A DNA stretch of 60,955 nt, counting the filler. It is 7 parts of 7 records of this genome, joined end to end, with 100 filler letters (N's around TTAATTAATTAA, not from the genome) between each part and the next. Parts side by side here need not be neighbours in the genome. Positions count along the whole stretch, not along the records: positions 48,605 to 55,739 come from SRR2962707_5011; positions 55,840 to 60,955 come from SRR2962707_5013; 5 more parts are not named here. The stretch is one strand, 5' to 3'. Under the pieces are notes generated by a model that saw only the letters and a list, made by a program, of their open reading frames with translations, had not been told where the DNA came from and did no database searches. Of this stretch, positions 55,201-60,955 are shown one piece after another. How positions within the stretch are numbered: position 1 is the stretch's first letter; every line of letters starts with the position of its first letter. The position numbers and the translations under genes are program-made.

Positions 55201-55284
55201 GACTGAAAGCGGCGCTATACCACTTAACAATACGCTTGCAATACTTGTTGCAATTAGACTTTGTTTAAAATACCTACCAGACAT
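52270..55284 (-). CDS. TonB-dependent receptor (proteobacterial)
   Basis: VEVIEVRGIRGS, AEDIGKLPDVTIADSLQRITGV, GNPELDP and C-terminal LGTRITF. Confidence 0.95.
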   Translation of the reverse strand: MSGRYFKQSLIATSIASVLLSGIAPLSVNAAEAKDDVEVIEVRGIRGSTVAAINTKRFAASQVDGIAAEDIGKLPDVTIADSLQRITGVQIERVAGEGGPIAIRGLPQVDTTLNGEVFLSATTIDSSGADFGDLPSQLFSGVDVYKSATSSNSAAGIAGSVNLKTRRPFDMDEGWVVSGGAEITRGSISDETDPNINGLLSYNNGKVGFLFSAVTSEANLASDYNGYNDTSENGGLGWTENNHTWGEQPAEGGEVYNIIPHGFTAFNKTEERKRDAVQFSFQADLGEGFELTADYFYTKQDRFNARRGFNHNSRWQTYANYAYATNSTGDTFTDAQGNPWQGVDAFKMRPYRMQSFTQANGNEEKSQNFNLELNYDNGGALTGQVRATFARATAKMRHGYGEGDILSIDQGSLVTGPGGLNPAEFCNSGEAIIGDQGGCNALYSQGIESNDFFITYDAAGTHPAFGGFDQMVNGGKGMRSVADYMADLDSYHVGAFSSEGNTDDEGEINTFSTKWNYALEDNPFITSVDFGLRYSERKVDHDQFTYTSDFGDGCDIAQWKAVDQQYNGAGEGDPCYQVQGTGEMVNGTWTPYSLLPPTRLDQHASVSWQTNFGGVTGIPGVWSIDPSNFRDPRQFHEDVFGNVARTENGGSTYDAALDELSYFVQANFEYEALSGNVGMKVVETNLYVKQNLVGPNLPHSGLGPDIGDTVTDRSYTDYLPSVNLAYSATDDIILRASWSKNMQPLNLDQWGAGKTVGSVFDDSCGCMRVVNGTLNGNPELDPWRSENYSLSAEWYMGEASMMYVATYDIEIESFTESSTVMIDEPDSDGVSRGPWPFTANVQGNGGSVTGYEVGTKLAFGDVFATNSFIDNFGIDANYTYSDSSQDSKDVHGNDLPFVGMSKDTYNFVLWYEQDAFSTRLAYNFRSPRLITQGSASTGGQSLYQDDYAQLDLNVSYHFDENITVYINGSNITEEIQQTYVEFSGQKAFQNVYEARWTLGTRITF

Positions 55285-55839
55285 AAAGAAACCCTTTAAT
55301 TATTAATATTATATTTCGGTAGAGAACTCATTTTGCTTCATTCCCAATGTTAGGTTGTCACAGGAGGGGCATTAAAAGTTGTGATTTTCTATCATGTTTC
55401 GATATTTTTATATCAAAAATTCGTTGCGTTAATTAATGGTTGGTTTTAATTGTTAATTTACGGTTTGTTTTTTTGTGGTTCACTATGACTATTAAGTTAG
55501 CATTTAAGTATTCATCGCTTATTTTTCCATTATTCTTTCATTTCAGCGTACATGTGTAAGCTGTTTTTATTCAATAGCTTAGATCTTGCCAATAAAAATA
55601 AATTGAAAAAACTGTTAAAAATTTGCTTAGAGCAATTGATCTAATCTAATTTTTATGACGTAATAGAGGTATTGTTATCTGGTCGGATGAGTTAATCATG
55701 AGTTTACGCACAAAATTAAAAAAAGTATTACCAAGTATTNNNNNNNNNNNNNNNNNNNNNNNNNNNNNNNNNNNNNNNNNNNNTTAATTAATTAANNNNN
55801 NNNNNNNNNNNNNNNNNNNNNNNNNNNNNNNNNNNNNNN

Positions 55840-56035
55840 GGGCACTGTGGCCGCGCACAACACCGGCCAAACTATTGCGATCGGTAATCGCAATCGCATG
55901 CAGCCCCTTGGTTGCGGCACTCAAAACCAACTCTTCGGCATGTGAGGCCCCACGCAGAAAGGAAAAATTGCTGCTGACCTGAAGCTCGGCATAGCCGGTT
56001 TTATCCGGGATCGTTGGGGCGATGTCTTGCGTCAT
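55840..56035 (-). CDS. dnaE2: Error-prone DNA polymerase DnaE2 (ImuC), N-terminal fragment
   Basis: [23 protein letters not shown]...[16 protein letters not shown]; directly follows imuB. Confidence 0.92.
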
Positions 56036-56038
56036 GAT

Positions 56039-57634
56039 CTATCCCCCAAACAGGCCATGAACGGACCAGATATCTTGCCCGAACGAGCCACTTCGAAACA
56101 GCCACAGCATCCGGCCTTTCTGATCGCACACCCGGAAATAATCGCGGGTCTGCTGGCTTAGGGCAAAGTCATGCCGGTCCAGATGCTCCCACCATTCAGG
56201 GCAAATGCGTTCGGGTCCCTCGGCACGCAGAATTTCAACAACCATCTTGCGCCAGCGCAGTCTAATCGGGGTCCCCGTATCACTGCGCGCAAGAATATCG
56301 ACAGGCTCAGGCGGATCAATCAGGCGCACGGGCCGACGGGGCAGGCTAACGTTATCAAGCCGCATCGGCTTGACCGGCCCCGTAACGACCTGACGGACGG
56401 CGGCCCGTTCAGGCAGGTGGCTGGTATGATGCCCCGGGTAAAACAGGCTATCGTCCGCGCCCAAATGATGCGTGATCCGGTCAACCAATTGCGCAAGGGC
56501 GATGGTTCCGCCACTGTCATCCTGCTTTTGATCCAGCCGGACCTGACGAAAGGTGACATGTTCAACCCATGGCGCATAAAGGACGACCTGCTCAATGCCA
56601 AACCCGGCATCCACACCGGGCATTTTTTCCGCAAGAAGCCGCAGGATATGAAGCTCGATCTGGCACGGACTGCCGGTTGTCACAGCAATCGTATGGGTAT
56701 GCCCATCGACCTGTATACAGCGCAAAACGACACGGCGCAGACCCAGATTTTCGCCCCGAAGTTTTTCGCACAGCTCCACCATCATGGCTTCAACCGCCTG
56801 CGCAAGGGTAACGGCATCGCCCAATGGTTCGCCAAAACTGCGTCCGATCAGCCAGCGATGTTTGGGCAATTCAAAACTCAGATGTTCCGGCAGGCGGCCA
56901 TAAAACTGATCAAGACGTTGCAAAACATCCGGCCCCAGCCGGGTGGTGATGTTCGCGCGCGGTAATGGCGCAATATCCCCAAGGCGTTTAAGCCCAAGTC
57001 GGGAAAGCAAGGTCAAAATATCATCCGTTAGCCTGAGACAGGACACAGGAAATCGTGCAGCAACCGTATGATCGCGCGGCAGATGCAGGATGCGCTGATC
57101 TGGCGCATCAGGATGACAGCGTGCCGCTGCCCAAGCCGCCCCGGCGGTATCGGCAATCGCAGCACGCGCATGCATGCCACGTGCCTGCACATCACGTAAA
57201 ACCTGCCCCAGCATTGCAGCTTCGCCACCAAATAAATGGCTCCCGCCCGTAATGTCGAGCCACAAGCCCGCGTCCCCCTGCAAGCTTTGGGTATGCAGCA
57301 TACGGTCTGGTGCGATCCATGGGCTGTAGCGATCCATAAACTGGATCAGACGGGTTAGTTCCGATTGATAACGGTCAGGTTCTTCTGGAATATTCGTCAG
57401 ATCAGGCAGGATGCTGCGTGCATCCGACAGGCGCATGGCACCATGCAACCCCGCCTGATACGCAGCACCATTCAATCCGCACACCAAAACGCCTTTGGGA
57501 TCAACACGCGTGATGATCAGTGGCACATCGGCCTGAGGGCTTTGCCGTGTTTCATTTCCGCATGCGGACGGCCCGATCCGATGGCAGTCGACCTTCCATT
57601 GCGTCAACCACAGATATAGAAAACGTTGTTGCAT
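56039..57634 (-). CDS. imuB: ImuB, inactive Y-family polymerase homologue
   Basis: GLHGAMRLSDARS, RYSPWIAPD, LWLDITGGSHLFGGE and GPERICPEWW...RDYF; likely start ATG 57634. Confidence 0.92.
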   Translation of the reverse strand: MQQRFLYLWLTQWKVDCHRIGPSACGNETRQSPQADVPLIITRVDPKGVLVCGLNGAAYQAGLHGAMRLSDARSILPDLTNIPEEPDRYQSELTRLIQFMDRYSPWIAPDRMLHTQSLQGDAGLWLDITGGSHLFGGEAAMLGQVLRDVQARGMHARAAIADTAGAAWAAARCHPDAPDQRILHLPRDHTVAARFPVSCLRLTDDILTLLSRLGLKRLGDIAPLPRANITTRLGPDVLQRLDQFYGRLPEHLSFELPKHRWLIGRSFGEPLGDAVTLAQAVEAMMVELCEKLRGENLGLRRVVLRCIQVDGHTHTIAVTTGSPCQIELHILRLLAEKMPGVDAGFGIEQVVLYAPWVEHVTFRQVRLDQKQDDSGGTIALAQLVDRITHHLGADDSLFYPGHHTSHLPERAAVRQVVTGPVKPMRLDNVSLPRRPVRLIDPPEPVDILARSDTGTPIRLRWRKMVVEILRAEGPERICPEWWEHLDRHDFALSQQTRDYFRVCDQKGRMLWLFRSGSFGQDIWSVHGLFGG

Positions 57635-58331
57635 TGATCTCAACTCTCCAGCCGCCCGGTCGAACCCCACGTCCCCCGATCAGGCTGAGATGATGAATAT
57701 TTCCTGTACTGTTTGTCTTCCGGTCATCGGAAGGTTCGATTTTCCAGCGCGTTAGCGCACTGGATGGCGCAAGACGTTTGGTCTGTTGCGCCCTTCTCAG
57801 CACGATCAAGCGGGTCCCGGCCTTCTCACACGCCAGTTGCAAACGTCGGCCCGCCGTCAAACCATAGTCGGTTGTCTCCAGAATAACCGATGCGACCTGC
57901 CCGGATTTGGCAACTTCTTCACATGCCCAAAGAGCCGTAACCTGCTGCCCCGTCGTCATCATCAAGGGCGGCGGACCCGATGCCAAGTCAGGCAGGGACA
58001 AGTGATAAAACCGACCCTGATCAATGGCCCGCCGCTGCCTGATCCAAAAGACAGATTTGCCACACGGTCCTGTTTCACATTTACTTTCGCCAATCTGCGC
58101 AAGATGCCACGCCAGAACCGATGCGGCCCCATCGTCATGGCCACAAACCACTTCATGCAAGCCAACAGATCGAATACCGACAGGACCAATATGCCGGGAT
58201 AGCGACACATTCCCAAAGGCATGCGAAATCACACCACCCGTCTCACCGTCCGGACAAGCAACCTGTCCTTTCCACTGTTTGTCGAGCTGTGCCAATGCGG
58301 CACGCGCCTCATCAAGCCGTTCAGTTAACAT
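57552..58331 (-). CDS. imuA: ImuA (RecA/SulA-like)
   Basis: GLHEV, ALWACEEV, LTAGRRLQLACE and SSALTRWKIEP; first gene of the cassette. Confidence 0.88.
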   Translation of the reverse strand: MLTERLDEARAALAQLDKQWKGQVACPDGETGGVISHAFGNVSLSRHIGPVGIRSVGLHEVVCGHDDGAASVLAWHLAQIGESKCETGPCGKSVFWIRQRRAIDQGRFYHLSLPDLASGPPPLMMTTGQQVTALWACEEVAKSGQVASVILETTDYGLTAGRRLQLACEKAGTRLIVLRRAQQTKRLAPSSALTRWKIEPSDDRKTNSTGNIHHLSLIGGRGVRPGGWRVEINATTFSISVVDAMEGRLPSDRAVRMRK

Positions 58332-58347
58332 CACGCACACGACATAT

Positions 58348-58362
58348 GTTCACTATTTGTTC
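58348..58362. promoter_or_regulatory. Alphaproteobacterial LexA (SOS) box
   Basis: GTTC-ACTATTT-GTTC is an exact GTTC-N7-GTTC, 16 bp upstream of the imuA ATG. Confidence 0.9.
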
Positions 58363-58717
58363 TTTTCTAGACGCTAACATGCACCAGAGTCAAATTGAAA
58401 CTCCTGAGTATCCTTCATTCCAAGCTATCTCACCCTACTAGCTTCTATCGATTTATCTTCTTCTGCCAGAACCGCATGACAACAAGACTCAGAAGAATAC
58501 CAGACAGAACAAACAGCTAGGTGTTTTCAGGCTATAGTTCCAAATTATGATCCGCGGGAAGCGTGTAGCGTTTCGTTGGGAGATTCAAGTAAATACTCAT
58601 TTGATATGAGTATTTACTTAGTGCCAGAAAAGACGACATCTACTTGCATTGCACACCAACGAGAAAACCTCCAAATGGCTCAGCCGCCTTTGCGGAAAAC
58701 TCTCGATTAGTCTGCAA

Positions 58718-59521
58718 TCACTTGCTATCGCGCTGGAATATCCAGTCATGATCCGGATGGTTTTGGAAACGCCATTTGCGCATCGGCCCCGCCATGACGT
58801 TAAGATAATACATCTCATAGCCATATGGACTGCCGCACGGATGATGGCCCTTGGGCACCAGAACAACATCGCCATCTGAAACCGCCATGGTTTCATCCAA
58901 CTCGCCATCCTCGGTGAAGACCCGCTGGAACCCAAACCCCTGAGCAGGGTTAAGGCGATGATAATAGGTCTCTTCAAGATAGGTCATGTCAGGATAGTTA
59001 TCCTCATCATGACGATGCGGCGGATAACTTGACCAGTTGCCTTGCGGAGTAAACACCTCGGTCACCAGCAGGCTATCGGCAATGTCTTTATCTTCCATCG
59101 CAATCGGATGGATGTAGCGGGTATTGGCCCCTTTGCCACGCTCAACCAGTTCGATATCACTGATCACCCCTGCCGGGTAATTTCCCTTGCCCGGTGCGGT
59201 ACAAACCGCAAGCGTACAATCGGTCGTGGCCACCGCTTTCCAGTTCGCCTCATTGGGCGCATAGACGCAAGCTGGCGGGATCCGCTCAAAAACGCTCATG
59301 CGTTTGCCAAGTTCACCGAAATCCTGATCATCAACCGAAACGCTTGCCTTGCCTTCGACCAGAACAAGAATGACTTCACGATCACCGGTCGCCTCATTGG
59401 CACTTTCACCAGCTTTCAGATGATACAACCCAAAACCGACATACCCCCAATTGGCACTCTCGGCAGTGATGTCATGAACTTTACCCTGTGTTCCGCTTGG
59501 TTTTCTAAGCAAGTCAGCCAT
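58718..59521 (-). CDS. iolB: 5-deoxy-glucuronate isomerase
   Basis: GNWSSYPPHRHD, LEETYYHR, VPKGHHP and YYLNVMAGP. Confidence 0.96.
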   Translation of the reverse strand: MADLLRKPSGTQGKVHDITAESANWGYVGFGLYHLKAGESANEATGDREVILVLVEGKASVSVDDQDFGELGKRMSVFERIPPACVYAPNEANWKAVATTDCTLAVCTAPGKGNYPAGVISDIELVERGKGANTRYIHPIAMEDKDIADSLLVTEVFTPQGNWSSYPPHRHDEDNYPDMTYLEETYYHRLNPAQGFGFQRVFTEDGELDETMAVSDGDVVLVPKGHHPCGSPYGYEMYYLNVMAGPMRKWRFQNHPDHDWIFQRDSK

Positions 59522-60426
59522 CAGGCGTCTCCTTTATCCAGTCCGGTTTGTCTTGCCATGTCACGCAGAGATTTCAATCCCAGCGACTGATATTCAAACG
59601 GGTTGCGCACATTGGGATCTTGTTCGGCCTCAATCACCAACCAGCCGGAATAACCGTGTTCACCCGCGATTTTCAGGACCGGTTCAAACGCAACGCCACC
59701 TTCGGTATCACCGGGAACAGTAAAGACGCCACGTCGCACCCCTTCAAGGAAGCTAAGTCCCTCTTCGCAGACCTCCTTGCTGATGGCCGGGCGCACGTTT
59801 TTACAATGGATGTGACCAACGCGGTCCATGTAACGGGTTGCCAGTTCTTCGGGATCTGCGCCACCAAACCATGCATGCCCGGTATCAAGCAGAAGCTTGG
59901 TTTTCGGGCCGGTATTTGCCATGAAGGCATGGATCTCATCGGCGGTTTCAACAATGGTTCCCATGTGATGATGATAGACCAGATCAATGCCCTGATCGGC
60001 ACAATAGGCCGCAATTGCCTCAACATCCGCACCGAACCTTACCCAATGATCATTGTGCAGAACCGGACTGTTGTTCAGAGCAACGTTATCATTACCATGA
60101 ATGGCGTTTGAGGTTTCGCATACGATGCAAACCTTGCAGCCCATGGCTTTGAGCAAATCAAGATGCGGCTGGATGGCTTTTTTCTCATCCTCGACCGAAT
60201 GGGTCAAAAGGTTCAGAGAATGCCAGCCTGAGACGAATTGAAGACCATGGGGATCAAGCGCTGCTTTTAAGACAGACGGCTCTGTCGGCATTTTGTGGCC
60301 TTTTTCAATGCCATCAAAGCCGATTTTTCCCGCTTCGGACAAACAGGTCTCAAGGCTGATTTCTGCGCCAAGGGTCTGGTCATCATCATTGGACCAGGCA
60401 ATCGGATTGGTACCATAAAGGATCAT
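59521..60426 (-). CDS. iolE: Myo-inosose-2 dehydratase
   Basis: [27 protein letters not shown] and VIEAEQDP. Confidence 0.96.
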   Translation of the reverse strand: MILYGTNPIAWSNDDDQTLGAEISLETCLSEAGKIGFDGIEKGHKMPTEPSVLKAALDPHGLQFVSGWHSLNLLTHSVEDEKKAIQPHLDLLKAMGCKVCIVCETSNAIHGNDNVALNNSPVLHNDHWVRFGADVEAIAAYCADQGIDLVYHHHMGTIVETADEIHAFMANTGPKTKLLLDTGHAWFGGADPEELATRYMDRVGHIHCKNVRPAISKEVCEEGLSFLEGVRRGVFTVPGDTEGGVAFEPVLKIAGEHGYSGWLVIEAEQDPNVRNPFEYQSLGLKSLRDMARQTGLDKGDA

Positions 60427-60430
60427 AATT

Positions 60431-60955
60431 CTAGTCTCCGGGGCGCTGGTTTTTCAGCGCAGCTTCGTAATTTTTGCGGGCTTCGTTCACCGTCGGGCGC
60501 ACCGAAACTTCTGGCACGGCAACATCCCACCAATGACCACCTGCCTCAGTACTGGGCAGCGGATCGGTATCGATCACAATGACGTAGGATCGATCTGCCT
60601 TGCGTGCCCGTTCCATGGCGTCTTCAAGGTCGGTAATCGATGAAACTTTTTCAGAAACCGCCCCCATCGCACCGGCATGGGCGGCAAAGTCGACGGCAGA
60701 TGGTTCAACATGGCGTGCGGTATCAAGAAGGTTGTTAAAGCTTTCCCCGCCGGTCGCCATTTGCAACCGGTTGATACAACCAAAACCGCGGTTATCAAGG
60801 ATTACCGTAATGATCTTGTGGCCCAGCATCACACTGGTCGCCAGTTCGGAATTCATCATCATGTAGGACCCATCCCCCACCATGACGACAACTTCACGAT
60901 CCGGGCATGCCATCTTCACGCCAAGGCCACCGGCAATCTCATAGCCCATGCAGGA
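60431..60955 (-). CDS. iolD: ThDP-dependent 3D-trihydroxycyclohexane-1,2-dione hydrolase, 5'-truncated
   Basis: [33 protein letters not shown] and [10 protein letters not shown]. Confidence 0.95.
   Translation of the reverse strand, partial: SCMGYEIAGGLGVKMACPDREVVVMVGDGSYMMMNSELATSVMLGHKIITVILDNRGFGCINRLQMATGGESFNNLLDTARHVEPSAVDFAAHAGAMGAVSEKVSSITDLEDAMERARKADRSYVIVIDTDPLPSTEAGGHWWDVAVPEVSVRPTVNEARKNYEAALKNQRPGD

Noticed and set aside
55698-55739. Start of a divergent gene (MSLRTKLKKVLPSI)
   Set aside because: Only 14 codons precede the gap, too few to support a call.
49118-58362. Functional link between the halogenases and imuABC, or a halogenated natural-product cluster
   Set aside because: They are on different contigs, and no NRPS, PKS or tailoring genes are present.

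Overview
The window is not one locus. It is seven unrelated contigs joined by 100-bp spacers (44 N + TTAATTAATTAA + 44 N) at 11901-12000, 22145-22244, 34412-34511, 43158-43257, 48505-48604 and 55740-55839, so gene neighbourhoods are meaningful only within a contig. (1) 1-11900, AT-rich, Bacteroidota-like: Tn3-family transposase and resolvase, a MarR-linked operon (SnoaL, YceI, DoxX, oxidoreductase, fungal-luciferase-like protein, DODA-type dioxygenase, thioesterase) and an AraC-linked meta-cleavage pair. (2) 12001-22144, Bacteroidota: mlaD, amidase, lptD, susC, susD and a Calx-beta lipoprotein. (3) 22245-34411, Flavobacteriaceae-like: serine hydrolase, LamG-TM-winged-helix regulator, Gfo/Idh/MocA plus two DUF1080, murQ, TonB receptor, icd. 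(4) 34512-43157, GC-rich alphaproteobacterium: hemH, SPFH/NfeD, PomA/PomB-like stator, beta-barrel, galU, galE, lytic transglycosylase. (5) 43258-48504, eukaryote: a spliced gene that reconstructs as ubiquitin-C2-two-pore K+ channel-EF-hand, and a convergent coiled-coil gene with repeated SH3-like modules. (6) 48605-55739, Pseudoalteromonas-like: ybaK, two flavin-dependent halogenases, TonB receptor. (7) 55840-60955, alphaproteobacterium: imuA-imuB-dnaE2 with a LexA box, and iolD-iolE-iolB. The top candidates for novelty are the ubiquitin-fused C2/TPK channel and the transposon-associated aromatic-oxidation cluster containing a luciferase-domain protein. Taxonomic and family calls come from motif recognition only; no searches were run.
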